From NCBI GenBank assembly GCA_951406725.2, contig OX597826.1:63984001-64048000 (forward strand): 64,000 nt of DNA. The letters run 5' to 3'. Below are positions 40,245 to 52,984 of the stretch, piece by piece. Every line of letters begins with the position of its first letter. The stretch's first letter is position 1. Source of the DNA: Octopus vulgaris (taxonomy: Eukaryota). Under the pieces are notes generated by a model that worked only from the letters and a program-made list of their open reading frames with translations, was not told the origin of the DNA and searched no databases. Both the position numbers and the translations under genes were made by a program.

Positions 40245-40336
40245 TAATTTGGTGCGATCGTTTCATACTACATCATTTTATTAAATGTTGTAAGTATTAC
40301 AACAGTTTCAAAATGCTGAGTACTCATCAGCCAATT
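40245..40336 (-). ncRNA. Penelope-type hammerhead motif with mutated cleavage triplet (GCA)
   Basis: AAUUGG-CUGAUGA, long stem II, then GAAAC-GAUC-GCA-CCAAAUU. Stem I pairs, and stem II has an internal hairpin UGUUGUAA/UUACAACA. Confidence 0.55.
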
Positions 40337-41096
40337 ATAGAGGTTTTCCATTAATACAAAAGTTTTCATATCAAGTGGCAATATTATAGAGAAGGTAGAT
40401 ACATAGATGTGGATTTAAATTTTAAGAACATTTGAGGTAGTGGAGCTCATCAAACTGACTGACTAAGATTCAGTTGTTCCAAACTACTTTAAGGTTCTGA
40501 GAATGAAGAACAAGTGTGTGTGTGTGTATGTATGCATGTATAGAGAGAGAGAAAGAAAGAGAGACCAGTTTCCTTCTACCAAATCCACTCATGGCCTTGG
40601 TTAGCCTGAGGCTATAGTAGAAGACACTCAGCTAAAGTTCCATACAGTGGGACTGACCCAAAACCATGTGGTTGGTAAGTAAGTTTTTTTAACCACAAAG
40701 TACTTAATTATACTGTCAACCTCTGCATGTCTTAGTAACCTAACACCATTCAGTCTGCAAGACAAACAAAAAGCAGTGATATCTACAGTTAAGAGTGTCA
40801 TTTTGCTCTGTACAGAGTCACAGATTTGGACAACTTAGCAAACTGTGATAGATATATGCAATTCTTTAGCATTGAGGAGATGCCTGATGGAGTGTTAGAG
40901 TCTATGATGCAAATTCTGGAGATCTGGCAGCAAGTATTCAACTCCTGTCACACTCATTGGCAAATCTTAACACTTAAAATTAAACACTGTAAATCAGAAT
41001 TAAAGTAAATAAATAAATTAATTGAATTAAAGTTTTACATTTTGAAATAAATACCTCAGGTACATATTGCCAGTTTCTTAGACAGCAAAGGTGGCA

Positions 41097-42675
41097 AAAA
41101 AATAGCTGAAAAGGTGTCAGTTTTGAAAAATGTGCTGGGGGTGAGGAATGGTATTTCTCCTTGTTCCTTTATTAGCTATGCCACCGGTTCTATTCAAAGG
41201 AATATTGTAATCTCAGCCACTTATATGCCATAGAAACTGGGGAATCAATCTTATGGGTTTTTGGGCTCAAGAAAGAAAAACTTTTATAAATAAAACAACA
41301 ATGTTTAATTAACTTTAAATACTCAACTATTACATCTTATTTTCCTAATTATCTTTTGGAAAGCCAAATGCAAAATCACTCCTTGTGATAAACTACCATA
41401 AATGATGGCATAAAAGACACATGGGCATATTAGTTGCACCCCAACTTCAGTAGTGCATATTCAAGAAAAAAAGTTTTCAGTGGTTTAAAACATGTATTAA
41501 AGGTCCATCTTCACATATAATATCCAGGGTGATTTTTTATGGAAGAAAGTGCCTTATATATCATCAAATATGGTTGATACTTTACAGATCATCTAATTCT
41601 CTATATTACTATTTTCAGTTTTAAATCCATCAGAAATGGTTTTCTTTTCTTTTTCCTTCAGGAGCTGCTTTACTCTACCTCTCTCAAGATAACAGTAATA
41701 TACTAGGTTACTAAGGTGGTGAGCTGGCAGAAACATTAGCATGCTGGGCAAAATGCTTCCGCAGCATTTTGTCTGTCTTTATGTTCTGAGTTTAAATTCT
41801 GCCATGGTCAACTTTGCCTTTCATCCTTTCGGGGTTGATAAATCAAGTACCAGTTGCATACTGGTGTCAAGCCCCCTCCCCCAAAATTTCGAGCCTTGTG
41901 TCTAGAGCAGAAAAGGATATACTAAGTTACTTCATCAGCTGTAATGTCTCCTGTATAACACATAATCAAACCAAAGCAGCCAAATCTCCTTCAAATCATT
42001 AACCATCATCTCAAAGTATACAATTTTATGAAGTAATCATATATCCTTAAAAAAAATGGGATGGTTATGGCTGGAATGCTTTAGGGGCTACAAAACAGCA
42101 ACAAAGGAAATATTCATCCTCACTTCCAATGATAGATATAAAAACAAGCCTAAGAGAGCATGACCAGTTATTGTTCAGAGCCTTTGCACTTTACATAGAC
42201 TGCTAATGTCCTTTGGAGATGTATGAATGAGAAGTAGCAACTTCCTATTTCTCTTCCTTTGTGCCTAATCAACAGTAAATAATATTTCTTATTCAACCCT
42301 AAGAGAAGCAGATATGGTTGAAGTAGTAGAAAACCTGTTTGGATACTTCTTAAAGAATACCTACTTACTTCTCTGTTCTATGTTGAAATCTCTCACAAGG
42401 GGTGATTTTGCATTTGGTTTTCCAAAAGATAATTAGAAAGATAAGATGTACTAGTTGAGTATTTAAAGTTAATTAAACATTGTTGTTGTATTTATAAAAG
42501 TCTTCCTTTCTTGAGCCCAAGGACCCATAAGATTAATTCCCCAGTTTCTAGTGGCTGAGATTACAATATTCCTTTGAATAGAACCGGTGGCATTGCTAAT
42601 AAAGGAACAAGGAGAAATACCATTCCTCATCCCCAGCACATTTTTCAATACTGACACCTTTTCAGCCATTTTTTT
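41097..42675. repeat. About 290-bp inverted duplication with ~1-kb spacer
   Basis: About 41097-41388 is the reverse complement of about 42394-42675, apart from scattered mismatches and a 9-bp indel. Confidence 0.9.
41393..41575. mobile_element. Degenerate pogo/Tigger-like MITE
   Basis: Imperfect TIRs TACCATAAATGATGGCATAAAAGACAC / GTGCCTTATATATCATCAAATATGGTT. Confidence 0.5.
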
Positions 42676-43094
42676 AAAACACTTTAGTCAACTGTATCAG
42701 TAGTTGTAAGGTTTCATACGTAATCCTTTCTATCATAGGCACAAGGCCTGAAATTTTGTGGGGACAGGGCTAGTCAATTACATGGAATTTGAACTCAGAT
42801 CATAAAGATTAATGAAATGCTGCTAAGCATTTTGTCTGGCATGCTTATGATTCTGCCAGCTTGCAGCCTCTAAGTAAGTTTCATAAATAATGATATTGTT
42901 GTTGAAACATGAAATTAATGAATATAGAATGCAATTACATATACTAAAACTTATAAAATATTCTGCTTAATATAAAAGAAATGAGTTAAAACTTGTTTGG
43001 CATGATACTGTTTTTTTTTTATATGCCCACTCCCACCTAACTTTAGAACCTGGCTGCACTGCTGACTGGGATACTGGCCTCTTGCAAAGTCTAA

Positions 43095-43538
43095 CCCTTT
43101 CGTTACTGTATTTATTTTGAGATGCTCAGTGTTTCTTTCAATTACTTTAACCCTTTAGTGTTTAAACCAGCCATATCTGGCCACAATATTATCCTTGTTT
43201 TATGTTCAAACTTATGATATTCAGCCTCTCACACCTACCCTACAATGTCATTCTAAAGATAAATAATCACATCATCAAAATCTTGAAGCTATGAGACAAG
43301 GTACAATTAATTAAAAACAATGTGAATAAATAAGTATTACATTTGACAAAGTAATCTAAACACTAAAGGGTTAAATATAACAAAGAATTTAGTAAAATAA
43401 CTTTGTTATCATTAAGCTAGTGTTAGGAACATAAATTGTGACTAAGGTTTGGTGGTATATTTTGATGCAAAACTTATGAAAACAAGACATTTGTACCACA
43501 GAGCCAGAGCCAGTTATGCCGGGTTGGTATCAAAAGGG
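43095..43538. mobile_element. Family-1 piggyBac-like MITE with a family-2 MITE (43151-43370) nested at an internal TTAA
   Basis: Outer CCCTTTCGTTAC...ATCAAAAGGG|TTAA. Inner TTAA|CCCTTTAGTG...CACTAAAGGG|TTAA. Confidence 0.87.
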
Positions 43539-43718
43539 TTAAGGCCAGCAGTTATGAAGGGGAAAGTCAATTACTAGTACTTTATTTTATCAACTCTGAA
43601 AGGCGTAAAGGTAAAGCCAAGCACTGCAAGATTTGAACTCAGAATGTAAAGAGCCAGAACAAATATCACTAAGCATTTTCTCTGATGTACTAACAATTCT
43701 GCCAGCCTTATTAATTAA

Positions 43719-43940
43719 CCCTTTCATTACAATATTTCTGTTGAAATATGCTACTTTGGTTCTAATTAATTTTGAAACTAATGAGGAATTTATTAAAATA
43801 ATTTTGTCAATATTAAGTTGGAGTTTGGAACATAAATTAACATAGAATTTTGAAGGAGAGTTTTAATTTAAATCACTTTAAGACAGTAAAATTTTATCAT
43901 AAAAACAGGAGCAGTGTCAGGCAGGTTAGTATCAAAAGGA
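43719..43940. mobile_element. piggyBac-like MITE, diverged
   Basis: TTAA|CCCTTTCATTAC ... GTATCAAAAGGA|TTAA. A partial relative lies at about 58985-59158. Confidence 0.7.
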
Positions 43941-45581
43941 TTAAACTTAAAGTTTAATCAGTGTCATGTCACACAGCAGAAGACATAACTTGTGAGAGGT
44001 TTTTCTATAAAATCTAAGTACAATAGAATATTGGACAATTACCAAGTGAATTTTAATGGCTCAGATCTTATCACCAGCATGCTCACATTGTCCATGGTCC
44101 ATACACTTACTTCATAAAGCACCTAGCCCACCAAGCTGTAAGTACTATGAAAGTACTGTATAATTAAAATCTGAAGACCTATTTATTTACTGTTTATCAT
44201 AACATCTGAAATTATTTACTGACATCTGAAAATTATTTAGTATCTAAATAATTTTATTTATGTTCAACAACAAATATGTGACACTGTATATTTACTTTGA
44301 GATTTGTTTAATACTATTTTGACAAGACCATACATACATACATACATACATACACACACACATACATATATACATACATACACACACATACATACACACA
44401 TAAATACATACATACACACACACATACATACATGCATACATACATACATACATACATGCTGAGACCCCCTTCAGTCATGACTGACCATGGGATTGCACTT
44501 AGAATGTTACCCCACCCCACCCCCACCCCAGGCACAAGTCCAGGCAAGGTTGTTTTATGGAAGACCAGCAGTCGCCCATGCATACCAGCCTCCCCTCTCC
44601 ACGCCACCAGTGTTATCCAAGGGAAAGGCAAAGGAAAAGGCTGATACAGCTTGGCACCTGTGACATCGCAACTCATTTCTACAGCTGAGTGAACTGGAGC
44701 AACGTGAAATAAAGTGTCTTGCTCAAAAACACAACACGCAATCTGGCCCAGGATTCGAACTCACAACCTCACGATTGTAAGCTCAACGCTTTAACCACTG
44801 AGTCATGTGCCTTCACATACATACATACATACATACATGTGTATATTGTCATTGCTATCATCATCCCCATCATCATTGTTTTAATGTCCATTTTTATTCC
44901 ATGCACCCGCAAGGGTCAGACAGAATTTGTTGTGGCATATATATTATATATATATATATTATATATATATATATATATATTTCCATTTGGTTTGATTTTG
45001 ATATATACTTGAGTTGAAGATAGCAAAATTAAGTAGAAATATGTCAGGGATTGTTTCCAATACTTGTCAGAAAAAAGGAAAAAAATAATTGCATACATTC
45101 ATTATAATGATGATGATGATGGTAGTAGAGATGATGACAATGAGGACGATGATGACAATGACAATGATGATGATGATGTTGATGAATTGGTTGTGGTAGC
45201 AATGGTGGCAACAGTGGTGGTCAGGATATGATGGTCATGGTCATATTGAAGATAACTATGTGAACATTCTTTGATTGCTTCCTGTTGGAATTTTATGGTA
45301 TTTCCCAAAATGTTATTTTCTGCACCCAAAACAGTTTACCTTATAACTTTAACTTGTTAATTGCTCCACCTAATAAATAGACTGACATACAGATTTATTT
45401 TTAACAGTTTCAGAAGAGAGGGGATACAGTGCCTCTAACCTTTGCTGGTTTTCCCAGAGACTGATGTGATTGTTGTGATTGATTGAATATTTGTAGTTCA
45501 GAATTCCAAAAGGAAATGAGTAGTGAAGGAATTCCAAAAGCCATTGTTCTGGGAAGGTAAAGCTCTGTATAGTGTTGAGAG

Positions 45582-46721
45582 CAATGGTTCTCAACCAGTC
45601 TTTACATATAAACCCCTTTGATTACTATTTTGTTCCGGTGGACTCCCAAAGCCATTCCATACTTAAAAACTAGTTTTATAGATACTTCTTTCGAAATTCC
45701 TATTTTGCTTTTCATACATTCATTTTTCTCCTTTACTCTTTTACTTGTTTCAGTCACTTTGATTGCAGCCATGCTGGAGCACTGCCTTTAGTCAAACAAT
45801 TCAACCCCAGGACTTATTCTTTGCAAGCCTAGTACTTGTTCTATCAGTCGCTTCTGCCGAACCGCTAAGTTACAGGGATCTAAACACTATAACATTGGTT
45901 GTCAAGTGATGGTAGGGGGACGAACACAAACACAAACGCACAAATACATACATACATACATACATACATACATACATACATGTATATATACATACAACGT
46001 GCTTCTTTCAGTTTCCATCTAACAAATTCACTCAGAAGGCTTTGGTCGGCCTGAGGCCATAGTAGAAGACACTTGCCCAAGGTGCCATGCAGTGGGACTG
46101 AACCCAGAACCATCTGGTTAGGAAGCAAGCTTCTTACCACAAGACACTCTGGTTTACAATAGAACTCTTTGAGAGAACATGTTTCAGAGGCCAGACACAT
46201 ATTGAACTATGTAAAACATTAGAGAAAGAAACCTAGTTGATTCTTGCAATAAATACATCGAAACCAAAATTTTTCATGGACCCCTAAAATTCTTCCATAG
46301 ATCCCCAATTTACTATTTTACTTGCATAACAATAAATGTTGCCCTTCTCAAGCCTAGCCAGGCTCAAGGGCCCGGTTTCCCAGTTTCTGTGGCGTATGTG
46401 TTCCCCCCAGCTTGACAGGACGCCAGTCCATCGCAGCGTTACTCAAGAAACAGGAAGAGAGAGTGAGAGAAAGTTGTGGCGAAAAAGTACAACAGGGGTC
46501 GCCACCACCCCCTGCTGGAGCCTCGTGGAGCTTTTAGGTATTTTCACTCAATAAACACACACAATGCCCGGTCTGGGAATCGAAACCACAATCCTCCAAC
46601 CGCGAGTCTGCTGCCCTAACCACTGGGCCTTTGTGCCTCCTCTTACTTGCATGGAACTCCAAAAGTCTTATATGGACCCCCAGTCCATATAAGTCATATG
46701 GACACTTGTTGAGAACCACTG
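45582..46721. mobile_element. hAT MITE copy 1, carrying two SINE insertions
   Basis: TIRs CAATGGTTCTCAAC / GTTGAGAACCACTG. The body is homologous to 46915-47710. Confidence 0.8.
46328..46642 (-). mobile_element. tRNA-derived SINE (family E) with 10-bp TSD
   Basis: Head GGCCCAGTGGTTAGGG...GGTTTCGATTCCC (A/B boxes) and central CTGCGATGGACTGGCGTCCTGTC. TSD TTACTTGCAT at 46318-46327 and 46643-46652. Confidence 0.88.
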
Positions 46722-46729
46722 GGTTAGAT

Positions 46730-46906
46730 CAGTACTCCACAACCTTTTTTACACTTGCAGTACACTTATACTCTTTTCAAAATTCAGTGGCACACCTGAA
46801 CTCAAAATATGACTAAAAGTATAGGGAAAAAATTATATTCAGGTTACACTGCAGCACACCTAGCATCATCTCATGGCACACCAGTGTGCTGCAACATGGA
46901 CCACTG
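46730..46906. mobile_element. Short hAT MITE of a different family
   Basis: Starts CAGTACTCCACAACCTTTTT, has internal GCA/GGCACAC motifs, ends ACCACTG. Flanked by GGTTAGAT and GTTTAGAG. Confidence 0.65.
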
Positions 46907-46914
46907 GTTTAGAG

Positions 46915-47710
46915 CAATGGGTCTCAATAATTTTATTTTTTTATGTATGGACCCCTTTGACTACTATTTTATTCTGGGGGACCCCATAATTATTTGATGT
47001 TTAAAAACTAGTTTTATAAATTCTTCTTTCAAAATCTCTATTTTGTTTTTCACACTCTTTTACCCTTTTACTCTTTTACTTGTTTCAGTCATTTGACTGT
47101 GGCCATGCTGGAGCACCACCTTTAGTCGAGCAAATCGACCCCAGGACTTATTCTTTGTAGGCCTAGTACTTACTCTATTGGTCTTTTTTGCCAAACCGCT
47201 AGGTTACAGGGATGTAAACACACCAGCATCGGTTGTCAAACAATGTTAGGGGAGACATACACAGACATGCAAACATACATACACACATACATATATACAT
47301 ATATACGATGGGCTTCTTTCAGTTTCCATCTACCAAATCCACTCACAAGGCTTTGGTCGGCCCGAGGCTATAGTTGAAGACACTTGCCCAAGGTGCTATG
47401 CAGTGGGACTGAACCCAAAATCATGTGGTTGGTAAGCAAGCTACTTACCACACAGCCACTCCTGCTCCTTTGCACTAGCACCCTCTGACAGAACAAGTTT
47501 CAGTGGCTGAAAACATGTTAAACTATGTAAAACATTTGAGTAAGAAACTTTGCTGTTTCTTGCAATAAATAAATATATCTTAAGAAAAATTTTCAAATGG
47601 ACCTTTAAAACACTACTGTGGATGCCCAATGTACTATTTTGCTTCTGTGGGCACCCCAAAATCTTATATGGACCCCTAGGGGTTACACTGACCCCAGTTG
47701 AGAACCAGTA
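46915..47710. mobile_element. hAT MITE copy 2, carrying a SINE
   Basis: TIRs CAATGGGTCTCAA / GTTGAGAACCAGTA, with a perfect TSD GTTTAGAG (46907-46914 and 47711-47718). Confidence 0.85.
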
Positions 47711-48119
47711 GTTTAGAGTAAATTTCTAAGCTTCAAGACATTAATGGGAACAAGAGAATGAAAAATGAACTGGTCAAGGCAGAGAGGGTACACAGGCAGA
47801 AACAGAGAAGCAGAAGCTGTTGTCATGGTGATAGAAGAAGAGAAAGAAAACAAGAAAACAAGAAAACAGTGCGTCTGTGAGATTGCAGTTGAAGAGAGCT
47901 GAATCTTTGTCAATCAATCAAATGGATTTGCTTTCAGTCTAGACTCCATAATTAACTCACATTAATTCAAGAACATCTATGCGGTCACTTGGCTTGCTAA
48001 AAACTGCAGCCAAATCTCACTTAAGCAATATCCCATCATCTTAAAATTTCCATTTACCATATGAAACTTTATCATTCTTAAATAATTAGGACACATTCTT
48101 GGAAATTCTGAATCTTTCC

Positions 48120-48810
48120 ACTTGGTGGTGGAGGTGGTGGTAGAGATGGTGGTGATGGTGTTCCATGAGGAAGACGATGACAAAATGCTATCATCGTCAT
48201 CAACATCAAGAGCACTTTTATCATCATCACCATCATATTGGCTGTAAAGGTGATGATGATGACAATAATGGCTATGATGACAATGATGATGGCGATGATG
48301 ATAATGATGATGATGATGATGATTAAACATTATCATCACCATCACCACCATCACTACCAAAATCATCATCCTCATCATCATAGGGATGGTATTAATGAGA
48401 AAGGTCATGACACTGACATTGAGGCTGTCAATTATGATGTTGACAAAGACGATAATGATGATGAGGAGGAGGATGATGCCAACGACAATGATGGAGATGA
48501 TGATGCATTACTGCTGGTGTTGATAATGATGATGTTGATAACAATGATGATGATAATGATGACACTGCTGCTGCTGATGATGATGATGATGATGATTATG
48601 ATGACAAGGAAGACAACAACAACAATGATGGTGATGACAATGATGATGATGATTATAATGATGATGATAATGATGATGATGAGAGTGACAACAACAATGA
48701 TGACAATACTGCTGCCACTGCCACTGCTGCTGCTGGTGATGATCATGAAGATGATGATGATGGGTTGGTGGTGGGGGCAGTCAGACTGATGACAATAATC
48801 ATGTTGATAT
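48120..48810. repeat. Degenerate (GAT)n/(CAT)n trinucleotide field
   Basis: Direct reading. Similar fields lie at 49202-49440 and 59248-59452. Confidence 0.9.
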
Positions 48811-49307
48811 TAACTATTTCAACTTTGATTCTTTCCTGCTGGAATTTTATGGTATTTTCCAAAATAATATATTCCTCAGCAAGTTCTGAAACAGGAATTA
48901 TTTAATTCCTATGTTAATAACAGGAAATAAAATAGAAAAAACAGAGGGATAAAAAAAAGACAAATTATCTTGATATATGGTATAAAAGTTGATGAATTAG
49001 TTATCAAATAGTGTATGTGTGTAAGGTGACAAGTTTTTCAAGGATCAATAAAATAAATACCAGTTGAACATTGGGATCAATGTAATCAACTTACACCCTC
49101 CCCAGAAGTTGCTGGCATTGTGCTGAAATTTGAAACCAAGTAGTGTATGTGTGAAATTTCAAATAGTTATTAAAGATGGTTCACATTCAGATTAAGTGTA
49201 AATCATCATCATCATCATCATCATGATCACCACCACCACCACCACCACCACCACCACCACTATCATCATCATCATCATCATCATCATAAACCACCACCAC
49301 CACCACC

Positions 49308-49357
<50 letters not shown>

Positions 49358-50799
49358 ACATCATCATCATCACCATCATCATCATTATCATCATCAGCAT
49401 TATCAGCATTACTCTCCTCATCCTCATTGTCATCATTGTTTTAACATATGTACACACTCCCAAATGCACACAGACACATACACACATGCGCGCATGCGCT
49501 AAAGCAAAGTCTGTCATTACTATTACTTTAAACTAATACTGTTTGTATTGCACACAATGAATTTTATTCAGCCCACCAGCCAATAATTGTGACAAGAGTG
49601 ATTTTTTTCAAACACTATTTTGATATATCAGATATCGTTATAGCATGCTTTTACCAATGAATACTTGCTAGTGACAAAGTCTCAAGTCACAGAAATATAT
49701 ATTTAGCAGTGCCACCATCGCTGTTAGACAATTTTCATGTGCTACAGATATATTTTTGTGTCAATATGTCTTGCAGAAATTATGACAATCATGTAAGAAT
49801 AACATTATTAATAGCTTTGATAAACTAATTATAAGATGTAAACATAGATTACATAATACCTTCCTCTTATACAAACCCTAATTCCCATTAGAAAATACTA
49901 GTTACTCCCGCTTAATTTGTAGTTACTGATTGTTCCTTAGAGAAGCTCACTTTCCTTTGCCTCTAGATCCATCTATTTAACATTATTTAATATAATAATG
50001 TTACATTGCCTGGTAAACTCCTCATCTAGTTTTATCAACTTGTATATGAACCATTGGATTCTACAGTACTTCTTTATGTTACTACTATGTAGTGATGTTG
50101 GGATCCAGCTAAGCAGATTATTCCTTCCATATGTTTTATTATTAACAGTTCACTTCTTACATCAGTTACTTTGTAATTACCCTGAGTGCCATGTTATATC
50201 TTGCTAATTTATACATTTTCTTTATCCACACACATTTTTTTTTACTCATGTATAAGAGTCTACTTTCTTCCTTTTTTTTCACACATGGTACACAGTTACA
50301 TGAGATTGTTATTTCACATTCTGTCTTAACTCATACTACCCGTGATTTCAAGTTTTGTTTTTCTATGTGTATAACGACCTGTAAAGATACATACTTGTGT
50401 GAATGTATGTTCTTTTCTTTTCTCTTTTATTCTTTTCCATTTTTTTTGTGTGTATATATTTATACATTTGTATTTTACATATAAATTTTCATCCGTTCAT
50501 GTCAGCTTTTTGTGTTTACATATGTGTATCTATATTTTTGTGAGTATATGCTAGTAGCTAGCATGTATATGCATATTCTTATGTTTGGGCATGTGTATAT
50601 CACAATATATATATATAGGTTAGATGAAATATGTTTGTCACATATTTCAACTGCTATAGGCAAATACACTGCAGTTACCATGCATAAGTAACCTTATGAT
50701 AAAAAGATGTGAAGACACCCAGTTCGTTCAGTGTCGCCATCTCTCAGGAATCTCAGACATCAAATTTATTGACTCTTGTTGATGAGATGTACCTAAGAG

Positions 50800-51010
50800 A
50801 GGTAACTCTCTTTGCAGCATCATTAAATGCAAAGGAGCCATCATCCATGCAGACACATTTCTCTCCAATGACATCACGATTCTCTCTCACACACTGTCTT
50901 GCAATATGAAACACTTCAAGTCTCTGGTCCTTGTGACATAGAACATTGGCAATTTTTTTTCTTATTTGTGTCCCCTCTGGTTAAGTAAACCTTTCTCCTA
51001 GCTTCTCTTC
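50800..51010 (-). pseudogene. RTE LINE ORF fragment (endonuclease-RT linker)
   Basis: Minus-strand translation KVYLTRG..QRLEVFHIARQCVRENRDVIGEKCVCMDDGS resembles the RTE/BovB linker. An RTE 3' tail fragment is adjacent (about 51020-51215). Confidence 0.6.
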
Positions 51011-51345
51011 TGACGATCTAATACAGTTCTAGTCTGATTTGGCATGGATTTCCTAATGCCAACCACTTTGAGAGTGTAATGGGTTCTTTTATGTGCCACC
51101 GGCATGAGTGTCATTTGCATGATACCAGTATCTTCCATGACTGCAATTTTGCTCAGTTTGACAGGTCTTCTTCTCAAGCATGACATAATGCTAAACGTCT
51201 CTGTTATTGCCTCTGTAAGGTAATCTGTGAGCTGGGTGCACTATTAGCCCTTAATCAATTCCTCTTTCCACTCCCATTTTTTGGTTCTCCCTTTTTTTTT
51301 TTGCATTATTCGTTACAGCTGGTACTTTTCAACGGAATGGCTGTA

Positions 51346-51438
51346 TGTACCTGATGGAAAAGAGCACTGGGTAGTTATGAAGCATTTCAATGTTACATAA
51401 TAGGCACCTGGTGCCTTTATTGAAATAGCTATAGTTCT
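51346..51438 (+). ncRNA. Penelope-type hammerhead motif, degenerate (CUGAUGG)
   Basis: GUAC-CUGAUGG, stem II AAAGAGCACUGGGU/ACCUGGUGCCUUU, then GAAAU-AGCU-AUA-GUUC with palindromic AUAGCUAU. Confidence 0.5.
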
Positions 51439-52291
51439 CAACCTCTTCTTCCATTCTTTTTAGTTACAGACTTCATTATTGCATAATTAGCAGCAGTTGT
51501 TGCTTTTCATCAGGTATTGTATAGCATATGTCAGTGGAATTTTCCACCTAAATTTGATATGGGAGAAAGAGTATTTGATGCATCGGTCAATAAACTTTAT
51601 TGATCAACTATCAAGTCATTTGTATTTTCTATACAAGCCTTGTTTATGGAAGAGATGAACCAACTGCTTTTACCAAGACCACTTGACTGGTCCTGCTACA
51701 TTATTTGTGTGTGTGTTTGTGTGTGTGTGCATGTGTGTTTGTGAGTGTGTATGTGTGGATATAGATATAATATATGCATATTCGTATATGTATATACATG
51801 TGTGTGTGTGTGTGTAAATATATATATAGAGAGAGACAGAGACATATATACACAGAAATGTATAGAGTTACAGATGCACATTGCAATGAAAACTCCAATT
51901 AAAAAGTGAAACCGGTTCGTAATTATGTATTTCAGAATATTTAATTATGTATTTTTGTAATTTTGTGCTCTGCAGTGTTTAATAATGTATTTTGAAAGTA
52001 ATTGAATGAAAAATGTTCCTTGAAATATGTCATCTTAAAATAATTTGGTAGCTATAATGTATTTTGGACATGATATAATATTTTGGAAGATGTGACAATG
52101 TATTTTGAAATAATTTGATTGCAGTTATCTGTTTTTGAACACATATTATATTTTGAATTGATTTGATTGTAATAATGAATTTATTTTGGAATTTATTTAC
52201 TGCAATGTAAAAAGTACATTTTCTCCTTTTTATTAATATTTTTCCGCACTTTCCAATTTGTGTGGATTATTTTTAATATGTTATCTGTGTG

Positions 52292-52342
<51 letters not shown>

Positions 52343-52356
52343 GTGTGTGTGTGTGC

Positions 52357-52387
<31 letters not shown>

Positions 52388-52409
52388 TGTGTATATGTGT
52401 ATATATATA

Positions 52410-52811
52410 CTCTTTTTACTCTTTTACTTGTTTCAGTCATTTGACTGCGGCCATGCTGGAGCACCGCCTTTAATCGAGCAACTCAACCCCGGGACTTATT
52501 CTTTTGTAAGCCCAGTACTTGTTCTATCGGTCTCTTTTGCCGAACCACTAAGTGACGGGGACATAAACACACCAGCATCGGTTGTCAAGCAATGCTAGGG
52601 GACAAACACAGACACACAAACACACACATGAATATACATATATATACATATATACAACGGGCTTCTTTCAGTTTCCGTCTACCAAATCCACTCACAGGGC
52701 ATTGGTCGGCCCGAGGCTATAGTAGTAGACACTTACCCAAGGTACCACGCAGTGGGACTGAACCCGGAACCATGTGGTTGGTAGACAAGCTACTTACCAC
52801 ACAGCCACTCC
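52410..52811 (-). mobile_element. SINE family B, near-consensus copy
   Basis: Same structure with an (AAAAGAGT)n tail. CpGs largely intact. Confidence 0.88.
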
Positions 52812-52984
52812 AATATATATATATATTCTTTTGAATAATATCAGTGAAATCTTCGAAACATGTGTCAAAAGTAAAAGATTTGATTTATACCTGTGTTAAA
52901 CTCCATTTATTTATTTACATACATATATATTTATATATATACACACACACTTGCACATACACATGCATATATATATATATAATT

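Noticed and set aside
51915-52210. Recurring TAATGTATTTTG motifs
   Set aside because: Low-complexity AT-rich degenerate repeat with no stable period.
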